A DNA stretch of 64,000 nucleotides, from positions 124,001-188,000 of the forward strand of contig JAHLTZ010000013.1 in NCBI GenBank assembly GCA_025786725.1, read 5' to 3'. Within the stretch, counting starts at the first letter, position 1. Every line of letters starts with the position of its first letter. Position numbers and translations under genes: made by a program. This document shows, in pieces, positions 27,029-39,296 of this stretch. Source of the DNA: Syncephalis fuscata S228. Lineage: Eukaryota > Fungi > Zoopagomycota. The notes under the pieces were generated by a model. The model saw only the letters and a program-made list of their open reading frames with translations, made no database searches and had not been told where the DNA came from.

Positions 27029-28500
27029 ATGAATTTTTCACTCTCGCCGTCAGCTGGCCGTCGCGGCCGCTTGCTGTTAGCCGGCAAACCGGCAATTGCA
27101 ACGCCAGGCTGTCTCCTTAACTGTGTCAAAGGGGCTGTTCCGCATCTAACACCCGACATGCTCAGTCGTACAGGACCACGTACCGTTCAGGTTCCGTTGG
27201 CTCATTTGTAGGTATTGACGTTTTTTGGTACACGGAACGCGTTATAATCCGACTTACTGATGCTTCTGTAGTGCTGATCGTTCACCCTCGGCGCCCGAGA
27301 CCTTTGATGGTACTTTGGCAAAATTTCTTAATGCGGAGGCGTACACCGTTATTGGCGACCTACTGGACGTTGCGGCCGAACAGCCCGAGGCGTCATGCTC
27401 AGACAAATTTGTTACTGTGCGCACATTGGCTGGTTTGCGAAAAGTAAGCTATTAATGTTGTATGCTTTATATAATTTAATAAAAGTAATACATTATAGGT
27501 GTCGACCAAAGATTATGCTGCCATGATGCATGGCTACAATCCGGATATCTGTGTCGCGCCTAGCGATCCGATCTGGGCGGCCGAGACACTGCCGTCGCGT
27601 AGTCGTGCCAACAAAGCATCCAGACGTACAATGCGGCTACTTGATCAATTTTTGGCCGAAATGCAGGTAATAGTTTGTCGGCGCTTATTGACATAGCTAA
27701 TTTAATCAGAGCAAACCTGTACTCGCTGTATTACAAGGCAGCCATTATCCAGAGGAGCGTGTCCAATCAGCAATTGAAAGCAGCAAACGAAATGTTGATG
27801 GTAATTGCTAAAGCACACCAATTGTTTGTTGCAAATAGCGCTAATTAGATTGTAGGCTTTGTTATGAATTTGCGTGGATTATCATCAACTGAAGCAAACG
27901 TCGATAATACTGTATCAACCCAACTTTCCGCTCTGCTGCTTCACTCGACTAGCAATATTCCAATGGACAAGCCACGCTTTGCTTTTGGTGTCTCATCAAT
28001 TGGTAATATTATACATTAACAATAACTGGCTATCTAAATTATAGTCATTAGATCAAGTGCTCGAAGCAATTCAAGCTGGTGTTGATTTATTTGACGCTAC
28101 ATTTATTCTATGGACGACTGAGAAGGGACATGCACTGCACATGAATTTAGGTGATAGCAAAGCTGGCTCGGCCAGCTATCAAGTACTCGATCTTTGGTCA
28201 ACCGATCGCCGTAGAGACTTCAAGCCATTTGTAGAAAGCTGCCAGTGCTTTGCTTGTACGAGGCATACACGCGCTTACTGCCATCATTTGCTACAAACAC
28301 ATGAAATGCTTGGCCATGTACTGCTAATGTGCCACAATGCCTATCAATACGATCAGTTTTTTGCACAAATTCGTGCTCACTTGGACGCTGATACTTTTGA
28401 TGATGCGTGCACTGCCTTTATGACAATTTATCAGAATACGCCTCAATTAGAGGCCACAGGCACAACAAAACCGCAAGTACGCCAGCGCTTTGAAATATAA
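27029..28500 (+). CDS. QTRT2: Queuine tRNA-ribosyltransferase accessory subunit (6 exons)
   Basis: TPGCL..GAVPHLTPD, AVLQG..EER..SA, DKPR, GVDLFD, CQCFAC..HTRAY.HHLL..HEML..LL..HN; all introns GT-AG and in frame. Confidence 0.9.
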
Positions 28501-31418
28501 TTAAGATGCTGACAGTTGATTATATTGTAATGATGATACAAGTCATCATACTAAATAAAAGTTGTTATAATTATTCTATGGATGTAATGTATATGAATGC
28601 ACATTGATTTTTACTATCAAAGACTCCCATTATAGCATTTGTCCCATAACAATATATATAGTCAAATTAACTAACAAAATAGCACTATTCTAATACCAAT
28701 ATAAAACCACTTTAATCATATTATGATGATGGCTTCCATAATGCTCACGCCATATTTACGAATGAATAAAAGCAGTTGTATTTCTAATGCATGTTGCTAC
28801 AGCTATGTTGATTTATGTTTGTAGTAAATACCGCGCAATTGTATATACATATTAGCACATTTGCTTAATCAGTTTTTGTTAATTGTTGAATGCGAATTAA
28901 ACAGAATAATCAATTTAATAATGTAAATATATATAATTAAAATGAAGCCATGTGTCTATTACTACAAGTTTGCATGATTGAATAGAAACAATTGAATTCA
29001 GACTTGCTGGTAATATAATAGTTTCATTGATTAAAAATTGCATAAATTGCAGCACTGTCTAGAGCTTAATATGTAAACGAGTTGAGCGGCAGTTTTTAAA
29101 TGGTCTTGCTTGCTGCCGAACGTATACCTAAAATATATCAAAGTAGCAGTTCAATCATACTAACAATGCTAATGCCATGGAAGACTTGGTTAAACTGTGG
29201 CTATAAACAAACGCAACGTATGTTGTTTAATTATCGCTTACAATGATAATATATAATACCACCCACTTTCTATTGGTATTGTTATTAGCATAGAAATGCA
29301 TAGCATGCAACTGGTACATAAATAACAATATTACTCACAACCTATCAATATAATTAACCAAGCACACACGGTGTATATCTTATGTTTACTGGCATAGTTA
29401 ATATTTAATAGCACGTATCGCCTATTATTATAAGGTTTTAGGCATGCATAGTGTATAGCATGTAATTATTTTCATTGTATTTTACTGTATATTAGTGTAA
29501 ATTTAGCATATTTATAGCACAATGTATTATTGATGTAGCATCTACTATGGATATACTGACCACAAAAACCATGAAGATAGTACGAACAATGGGAATAAAA
29601 AGTTTTATAGTAATGTTGATTTGCTAAAAGAAACAAGCAGAACAAAAAGTAAGTATGCTTAATATAAAATAGTGAGTGATGAGTATTTAGCAAAAAATAT
29701 AGTATGATAATATTATAGCTAATTAGCTGTGTGTATTACGTGGACTATTTGAGGTTACAGTTATGCTGAAATATCAACATGCTATGTTGTATGTTATATA
29801 TCAATATATCGATAATGTAATAGTATGCTGTCTAGCCTTTATCTCAACCTGCTTCGGCAATTGCACAGATGACACAGTAATGCTAATGATCCGGTATAAC
29901 GGTAATAAAATGCACTTATTACTATGTACTGTGCCGTTACATGCAGTCCAATCATGCGATACAAAACTGAATATACTAATTCTACAAAAATAATAATGAT
30001 GCACTACTATGCCTTTATTTCTGCTTCCGCTAACAATCTTAATTCCAATATCTGCATATATTGCAGACACCACTTAAAGCCGATGCAACAACATTAGCGC
30101 ATTAAGCTTGAATTTCTTTACAAATATTTACTGATGTGCATAAACTAGTTGTGGCTTTTTAGACCATGAAAGTGTGATGCCTGGTGTATGTGTGAATTTA
30201 ACTCAACATTATGGCGAATTTACAAAAATAAATAGCGCATTTAATTTACAAATGCAGTACATCTAAATATATTATAGTATATTCCGTGCAATCAATACTA
30301 GTCTAAATATCAGTTAGGTAAACTTGGCTGAAAATTGATTGTACAATAAGCAGTTTTTGCGGCGTAATTTATTGTGCATTTCCAGTAATAAATCATTCGA
30401 CACAGTCATTGATTTTTGTGATTTGAATTAAAGGTTTGATCGGTCATTAGTTTTTATAAAATATACAATAGTTTTATATTTAAAATACGCGTCTAATATG
30501 GACTCAACAAAAATACGTAAATAAATGCATATCCCGAATATAGCATTGGTATTTATGTTGCTAATGTTTGTCGCTATTTAATCAAGCCTTAGTGCAACTG
30601 CGTAGTTATGCATACGATGCGTACAGAACATCATTCGAAACCGTGGTTAAACCAGTGACGGAAGGCTGTTTCAAAGTGCACTTTGTATATGTTTAATCAT
30701 GGCAGCAACTTAAGCTGTAAAAATACTATTTAAGGCTTTGTTTTATTCTTAGCATTGCTAGTATATAGCTAGATGTATCCTCGATTTGCATAAACCATTG
30801 TGTATGATTTGCAGTATTCAATATTTTTATTTTTGTCTACAAAATTTGCATACTGTGCCCTATTACTACGTCATTTCCCCTGAATCTACAACAATTCATC
30901 GCTTTATAAATGTATGCCAATCTATAGAAAGCAAGTCTTTGTTGCTCTATAAATAACATTACAACATAACAATGTATAAGAGCAAATAATTCAAAGGCCG
31001 AGTAATTTCTTTGTTGCTGTTTCTGCTTTGAGTTTAAACTACTAAAATCTACATTAAGCGCAGACGATCAGCGCTATTGCTTAATGCGTAGATCAAATAT
31101 ATTTATTATAAAATCTCCTGTTACTTAGCATTTACTGTGAGCAAATAGAAATACTGTCATTATAGTTATCTAAGTGTTTGTGCTGAAATAAGGCATGCTG
31201 TGTCGGCTTTATTTGTAGATTTAAAAACAAAGAAACAAGCCAGCACTGGATTTACAAAGACTTGATTGTAATATTGCTATTTAAACGGCAATCAATTTTC
31301 TAAATCTACAGCGTGTATTTATAACTTTGAAACACTACTTATTAGTTATAGCATTTGTATTCCTAGTATTTTGCAATATCCAAGCGTTTTGTTTATGAGC
31401 ACTACAAGCATCTAGAAC

Positions 31419-32357
31419 ATGGTCAAACTGAACTTATTGACTGCGCTGGTTGTTGCCGCAATTGCTACGTTGCACGGTGCAGTAGCTATCCCATTCAATC
31501 CAGTACTCAAGATTGCTGGAGGTGACAGCACCACAGTCACTCAGTTTCCGTTTGCCGTACGCATCCTATTTGGCGCTGGCAGCGTATGTACAGGCTCTAT
31601 TATCAGCAGTCGTTGGATTTTAACAGCCGCCCATTGTGCGGTAGATGCTGAAAAATCAGAAGAAGCAGGAAAAGTAGTTTTGGAAGACCCATCAACATAT
31701 CGCATCAACATTGGACAAGACTCAAACATAACCTACACTCCAATTGTTCCAAAAACTATCTACGCACATCCCAAATATAACTGGACCGAGTTTATTAACG
31801 ACATTGCTTTATTGGAATTAGGTACTTCAATTCAATTCAATGCTGCCATTCAACCGGTCAGGCTAATAAAAGGTGAATCTAACCTATTGCTCAGACAAAT
31901 GTTTACGGTTGTTGGATGGGGCAGTGATACAACACAAAAGCTGGTATCAACACTAAATCGCGTCAATGTTCTTAAAGGAAGTTCAGAGTTTTGCGCCAAA
32001 GCTCTTCCAAGCTATCAGCCTTATTTTAACCAATTACTGTGCACTGAAAATGGATTTGGAAAAAATGTTTGTCATGGAGATTCTGGTAGTCCATTATTAA
32101 TCGAAATAGCGGATTCTAACGGCACTACTGGCATGCAAGCCGCTAAATCGTGGGTACAGGCTGGAACCACCAGCTTTCTCTACAATAGTATAAAAGAGGA
32201 CACAAAATTCTGTGGTTCAGATGGTAATGTTGGATTTTATGCGCGTATAGATTATTTTGTATCATGGATTGCCAAAACTACCGGTTTGCGTAAGAATCAA
32301 TTCACAGCACCGCTTCCGAAGGAATTTGAAGTCAACCGAAATAAGCTAAGCATTTGA
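31419..32357 (+). CDS. Secreted S1 (trypsin-fold) serine protease
   Basis: Signal peptide, K|IAGG activation site, TAAHC, NDIALL, GDSGSP triad; intronless. Confidence 0.95.
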   Translation: MVKLNLLTALVVAAIATLHGAVAIPFNPVLKIAGGDSTTVTQFPFAVRILFGAGSVCTGSIISSRWILTAAHCAVDAEKSEEAGKVVLEDPSTYRINIGQDSNITYTPIVPKTIYAHPKYNWTEFINDIALLELGTSIQFNAAIQPVRLIKGESNLLLRQMFTVVGWGSDTTQKLVSTLNRVNVLKGSSEFCAKALPSYQPYFNQLLCTENGFGKNVCHGDSGSPLLIEIADSNGTTGMQAAKSWVQAGTTSFLYNSIKEDTKFCGSDGNVGFYARIDYFVSWIAKTTGLRKNQFTAPLPKEFEVNRNKLSI

Positions 32358-34263
32358 ATAATTACAAACATCACACGAGCAAAGAATCTATGACCATATG
32401 TAAAAATAACACACCCTTTCAATGATCTGGACATCAATTATCTGAATTTAATAATGTCCTATTTTAATACGTTGTCATCTCATGCTCAATCTTATTTTTT
32501 TTCTACACATACTTATTTACAATGCTGTGCTATTAATTTGTTTACGCTTTTCAATTAGCTAAAAGCCAAGGGACTTTGATCAGTTCATTTCCTTCCCCAT
32601 TACACTTGGAAAATCGAATTATCAAGTACATTCTCTGTTCTTGTAAGTTATCCCTTCGCTAACTTTATGTTTCATCGTTTTAAATCTGCTCAGTCTAAAA
32701 TATTGTAAAAAGCCATGTTTTATTTCTCTTGTCTCTACCAGTTATTATTCTGTGCGATCCATCAAAACTTTAAAACGCCGCCTATAGTTACATTAACTGC
32801 CTTACAAGTCCTTATTTTCAGCAAATTGTTTTCCCTTATCCCGTTGTCACCAGCAGTAGATGTTGTTTCAGCACGCATATACATTTTATTAACTATAAGA
32901 TTTTGAAAATAAATAACTGAAATCATTCATTAAACAAAAGTGCATATAATAGTAGTAGTAGGGGGTTATAATTGGCCGTGTAAGGTAGCTGCACCTATGC
33001 ACCCAGCACTGATTGCTTTTTCTGTCGACTTGGATGGCAAAAAGGTCTTCACCTGTTTTATTGATTCAACCAATCTGCATCTGCTTTTGTCAATTTCCAA
33101 CACACAGTATTTCAAGGCTGTTTCAAATTGAACAAAGACATAGGAAAGCGTAGAAGATCTCTATGCAAACAGCAATGAGCAATTGTTGATACCTGATGAT
33201 GCGGTGCCCGTTCTATTGTTTAACTCGTCATTTTATAACATTGCTTTTAATGTTCTTGTATAAGGCAGATTTGATAATTATGCCAAATTATATTAAGCGA
33301 AAATGTCGCTATTCATAGCAGCCATCAACATGGATTAAAATTAGGCTGCAGTTTGACTAGTGGCAAATGTTGATTGTTGCCCTAAACCGATAGTAGCACC
33401 TGATGGCATTAATAACCGTATTCATTATGATAGTGTAGGCCTTGAAGGCGTGACATGTATGTAACCGATATATTTGTGACAAGTTACGCAAAATCGTAGA
33501 CAAATACATCAATATTAGTGATAGTTTTACCTTTGTATTGCTCTAACGATGCACACCTATGTTTGTAAAAAACGAGACCTTAAAACACTGTTTTATAACA
33601 TTGACATCATCATTGAATTGTCATTGTTGCTAATCAAACACTCATAGAATATTTAAGGATTTTTTGCCATAATAAAAATGAATAACTAGTAATAAGGGAA
33701 GTAAGATTGATCTAGTTACTAGTTTTGCTTTTCGGAGTCGATAAAGCCCCGGGTTTGATGTCAATCGAACCAATCCTTAAATAAAAACTTTTGTTGATGT
33801 AGCACATTGCTACATCCTAACTTACAGCGTGACTTCTGTCCTTACCCGTTCTCAACAGTCGGCCACCTTGTTGAACTGTTGAGACTGCAACAAGTTAAAG
33901 CAAGATTTTTTTATGTTATCGTTTGTTTAAATAAAGATTGCATTTTAATTTAAAAATAAATAACTAGCAACAATAGATGTAACCTGTTTAGTTTTATTTC
34001 ATTCCATTGCAAACGACGTCAAAGTTTTACCATATGAATTTCTAGCAACTAAAAACAGGTTGTTTCATTCCTTATTTCTTAAGGCCTAGAATGATTATTA
34101 ACATCCCAATAGTATGGTTTAATAACTGTCTCCTTAGCCGCTATTCAAAACATATTCGCAAATTTGATACACATAGTACACGTGTCCAGTAAAACTTGCC
34201 AATATCATTCTATTATTGCTGATATTATCAATAGCACTATTTTCCAAACAATTTCTATATAAG

Positions 34264-34671
34264 CCAGCTGATTTGCAATGTATTTTGCAGTTCATTATTA
34301 ACCAATTTTCAGTTACGCAATCACTTCTTTTCTTCTACGATACAGCTCTTGAGTTTTTCTTATAAATTCACGCTGATAAAGGCCGGTCCTTTGATTATTT
34401 CACGCTATTGCTTCAAGTTTTATACCGCAAACAATCCATCTTATCCATTTCTACGCAACTTATACACGACTGCTGTGACATTGATTTGTCATACATTTTA
34501 AACACACGCTTGAATACCTATAACATTCTGTTATAAGCTGATTTTATAAACCAAGTTGGCTATTGTGACTTTTGTTTATCATCATGCGTGCCAGCACAAC
34601 GATTCTTAGCGCCGCCTTGCTTTTAGCCGTATTGTCTACGAATGCAGTTTCAGTCAATGCCGCACCATGGT
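34264..34671 (+). repeat. Right arm of the 408-bp near-identical inverted repeat
   Basis: Matches the reverse complement of 25991-26398. Confidence 0.95.
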
Positions 34672-35420
34672 TCGGTCCATTTGTGAGTATTTTAACTAAT
34701 GTTTAATTTAATAATGGCACTAATATTATTTATTAGAAATCTAAAAAGCCATCGGGCGTGCCAAGTGCACCAAGCATCCCTCCAACCCCTGTACCTGCTA
34801 AATTACCTAGTGCATCAGGCATTCCAACTCCAGCTAGAAGTCCTATTGCACCATCAGTGCCACCTAAGCCAGGGCACTTAAGCGCACCACCAGTTGGTTT
34901 AAATGGCGGCGGAATCCCTTTAACTAGAAATCCTATTCCACCACCCATTCCATTTAAACCAGATCACTTAAAAGGACTGCCAATCACTCGACCAAGTATT
35001 CCGCCAATCACTCGACCAAGCATTCCGCCAATAATTAAACCTAATTTAGGCACTATTAGCAACACACCTGGTCGTCTTGCTGCAGACGCTCTTGATAAAG
35101 CGAACAAGCGACAGCATAGATTAGATATGATACGTTTGGGCGCTGATACCATCCTAGGCGCTGGCACACTTGTTTTAAATGGAATGACCGTGGTCAATGA
35201 GCTGGAACTACGGAAGGCCGAGCTAGAAGCCAAGGCAAGGGCGGCTTCACAAGAAACCAGTACTGATGATTCCTCAGATGATCAAAATAATACTGAGACA
35301 GAAGCCAATGAAAGTTCGACTTCACAAGGAACAAGTGCTGGTGGCATAGCACTTAATCTAAATATCAATAATCAAGCTAACAATGGTGGCACAGTATCTG
35401 CTCCAGCTACTACTAATTAG
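34584..35420 (+). CDS. Secreted Pro-rich protein, paralog 2 (2 exons)
   Basis: Near-identical signal peptide to paralog 1 (one substitution); intron 34683-34735 at the same position; shared PPPxPxKPDxLKG and ALD+..D..G...KA.IEA helix; homologous 3' flank. Confidence 0.85.
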
Positions 35421-36387
35421 CCTGCTGCTAATCAAGCTACTACTGGTTTACCGGCCGATCAATTTAACGCTGGCCTACCATCTACCCAAGCTACGTCTTA
35501 GGTATCTCGCTAATTGTGCTGACTCACCACACAGTGCAATGTTAAAATGACTTTATGAATATAGTCCACTATTAGTCGTATAATGCTAAAATAAAATTTT
35601 TGGTGCTATTGTTTGCAATAGAAATAAACCTTTATGCTTAAGTCGATGAAAATAATGAACAACTACAGCACTAAATATTATTAAACAATATTATTAAACA
35701 ATATTGAGCCAAGAAAACAGCAATAATCTTATTTACATGTTGTTATAATAATAACTTTGTAACCAAACTCACAAAATGTAAATAAAATAAAACAATTATT
35801 ATTATTTCAATCATTTCATTTTGAATTATTTTATGATTTTACTTTATTTTTACCAAATATAAATACAATAGTTTAGCCATTAGTTTAATGGAAATTCAAT
35901 ATAATTACCATAAAGCAATGCTAAACTTTTATCTTAAGCTACTAGCTAGCTAATCTATATGCTAAATATTGGCAAATTGCGTACTTTGATTAATAAAAAT
36001 GACATGTTAATAAAAAGGTAAAATTGATGGATTTGTTTGCAATTTAATGATGGCTATAGTGTGTCGATACATTAAATATCTACATTGACGCTGCTTTAAT
36101 TTATTAGCATAGTAGACTCCAAATAACGTGAAATCTTTGAACATCCTAATTTGCTACATTACACCTCATTATATCATAACAATATTGTTAATATTTTTGG
36201 GACACTCCCATTCTGTAGTTTATGCTCATAACACTGCAATTACCCATTAAGCAGAGTATAATCAAATACGTGCAGTAATATAACGTATTTTTAGATCAAT
36301 TGCTTATGATTATAACACATATCAATGAATAATGCTATTAAATAAAGATTGTGCTAGATTTAAACATCCTAGCTATTTTGCTATTTA

Positions 36388-39296
36388 TTACTTTATCCGA
36401 GGAGTACGATAGAGCGTACGTAGTAATAGTGAGCTTATAATTACAGGTAGCACCGACAGTATTGAGCCGGCGCTTGCAATAACTGGGGCAATTCGAAAAT
36501 GCTCTAAGGCATAGAACACACCTGCTGCGGACGGTATTAACGCTATATTGTAGGCAAATGCCCATACAAAATTGATACAAATACGCCACAGCACAGCACG
36601 GCATAAATCCAATAGTACGGCAATATCGGTCAGGTTATTGCGCATAAGCACTGCCCGTGCCGCCTGCATGCTAATTTCGGCACCGGAGCACAGCGCAACA
36701 CCAAGGTGACTTTGTGCAAGAACAGGTGCGTCGTTGACACCATCGCCCACAAACATTACAACGTGGCCCATATTTTGCAAACGTTCGATAGCTTTTACTT
36801 TATCGCTAGGTAGACATGCTCCATGTGCATGTTCAATGTCAATACCTACACGCAAAGCAAGACGATGAACTGCGCCGACATTATCGCCGCTCACCAAGTG
36901 TATTTGTTTGCCTAGAGAGTGAAGCCATTTAACGACCATTTCTGCATTATCCCGCGGCTTATCTTCAAGTGCATAAGCATGTAGAATATTTACAACTAAT
37001 GCTACTACAACTATTGTTGTATTAACATTAAACAGCTAAACTAATACATCAACATCTACTCACCAGTACTACCTCTCTTTTCGTGCTGAGCAGCCCATTT
37101 TCTTAAAGCATCAATTGCAATACAATCTTGACTATTGATCCAGTTGGCAATAATCCATTCAGACTTGCCAATTGCAATTAATTCACCATTGATTTTACAG
37201 GTGTAACCATCTCCTGGCACTTCTACCATGTCTACAACTCCGTTCTGTTCCGGGTCATCGTATTTGGCAAAATGACGTGTCAATGCCCGAGATACTGGGT
37301 GTCGGCTGGCCGTAGAGGCTGCACCGATTATTTCATGAAAACCAGCATGGTTATCTGTATTGTTTAAGCAATATACGCTAGCAGCTACTACACTAAATGT
37401 TCCTTCGGTAAGTGTGCCGGTCTTGTCGAATACGACAGCTGTTACCTTGGCGCCTTGTTCAAATGCATTTCCATCACGAACCAAAACACCAAGCTTTGAT
37501 GCAAGACCTGTGGCCACGACCAGCACAGTAGGAACAGCTAACAAAAGGTGAGATAAAGACTTGTTAATAATAGAGCACTTACCCAATGACACGGCGCATG
37601 GACATGCCACAACAAGTACAGCAATAAAGAAATTGAGCGAAAATATGACAGGTGGTAGATTTTCCGTATCAGTCACTACATTTCCAAGAGTCAGCCCCAG
37701 CCAAGTGAATAGGACAAGAAATGCAAATGCAATGGCCGCTGGGCAAAATATCATAGCAATACGATCGGCCAGTTTTTGCACCGATATTTTCGATGCTTGT
37801 GCCGATTCGATTAATCGCCCAATCTCGGCCAATGTTCCCTCAGTTGCAGCTTTTACGCAACGGATACGTAACTGTCCGGTCACTAAGATTGTGCCACCAG
37901 TAACTCGGATACCAGGATTTTTCTCAACAGGAACGGCTTCCCCTGTAACGAGCGACTCATCAGCTTCCCCTGAACCATCTAATACAAGTCCATCAACAGG
38001 AATTGATTCACCTGGCAGCACTAAAAGCTCATCGTGGCGCTGCACCAAACAAATATCTATAATCTTTGACTGGAGCGGTTCATCGATTACTGCTATTGTA
38101 GACTGTGGATTAGGTTCCATTGCTTTGACTCCATTAGAAGCATCAGCTATTGCCGGAAAGCCTGCTGGCTGTGTTGCACCAAATGAATAAACATCGGGTT
38201 TATTTAGAATAAGGTGTGCTGTGTTGGCTTGTAGTTCTTTCAACTCTGATAGTGCACGAACTGCTTTATATTTTCCAAAGTTGTGCAAATACCGACCTAA
38301 TAAAAAGAACATAACCAGCATGGCATTCATGTCAAAGAACATGGCTAAACGAACATCACCAAGAGTGACTGCTGTTATAATAATGGCGGCCAATGAAAAG
38401 CCATATCCAACTGTAGTCGAAAGAGTCAGTAAAGCATCCATTGTAACTTGTCGTGTATAGCGCAGTGAACGGTAGGTAGCCAAGTAGAACGGCCATACAA
38501 ATAATTGAACTATAGTGCCTAATACAAACATTAGCCAGTCACGGGGCATAAGTGCTCGATACATAGGATGCTGAAGAATATTTGGAAAAATCAGTTCAAT
38601 AACAATGGCTGGAATGGCAAAGAAAGAACATAGCAGTAACAGCATAAGCCGTCGATGCTGGTGCTTTCGCGTACGATCACTAATCGGCATTTGCTCTGGT
38701 AGTCCAGCATTTATATCGGCAAGCGATAAAGCGCGCAAAAGTGTACGTGGGCCAGTAATATCGAGATCATAAATAATATGGTAAATGTAAAGAGGATTCT
38801 TTGAAGAAGAAAGAGCACGGCCAGAATTGAATGATAGAGCAAAAGATTTTGTATCTCGACGTTCTTCTACTTGATGTACTCCAGGTTGCTTTTTTAATAC
38901 ATTGACTACCAACCCCGAGGATAATTGCTGTGAAGACGATAGATAGCCATAGATAATCAACGTTGTAGCAGAAGGTTCATCGTCTCCAGCCATTTCAGCT
39001 TCATAGCCCATAGTGCGTATTTGATTAATAATAGCTTCGTTATTTAATGTTGGCGTCGAGACATAGGAAACTTTGACTAATTGTAGCATCGAGCTGGCAA
39101 ATACCTTGCAAACACCCGGCAGCATTTCCAATCCGTTGGTTAAAGATGCTTCACAGCCTATCAATAGTTATTGTAGGCTATAGCTATTTAATAATCACGT
39201 ACTTGAACACATCATGCCATAAACGTGCATCTTTACTATGTTTAACGATTGTCCATTCGCATATTGGTCATGGCTATCAACGATAATATCAAGCAT
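36388..39296 (-). CDS. P1B-type heavy-metal-transporting ATPase (Pca1/Cu-ATPase-like; about 4 exons)
   Basis: GMMCSSC (split by an intron), DESLVTGEA, CPC, DKTGT, SRHP, SGD, GDGVNDAP, AYN. Confidence 0.93.

Noticed and set aside
31046-31093. Imperfect inverted repeat upstream of the protease
   Set aside because: Short, bulged and AT-rich; plausible by chance
32560-33240. Possible degraded gene on the minus strand
   Set aside because: Open stretches are short, interrupted by stops, and match no family I recognise
25991-34671. Inverted repeats as transposon TIRs
   Set aside because: The arms are gene promoter/exon sequence, homology extends on both sides, and there is no transposase or target-site duplication
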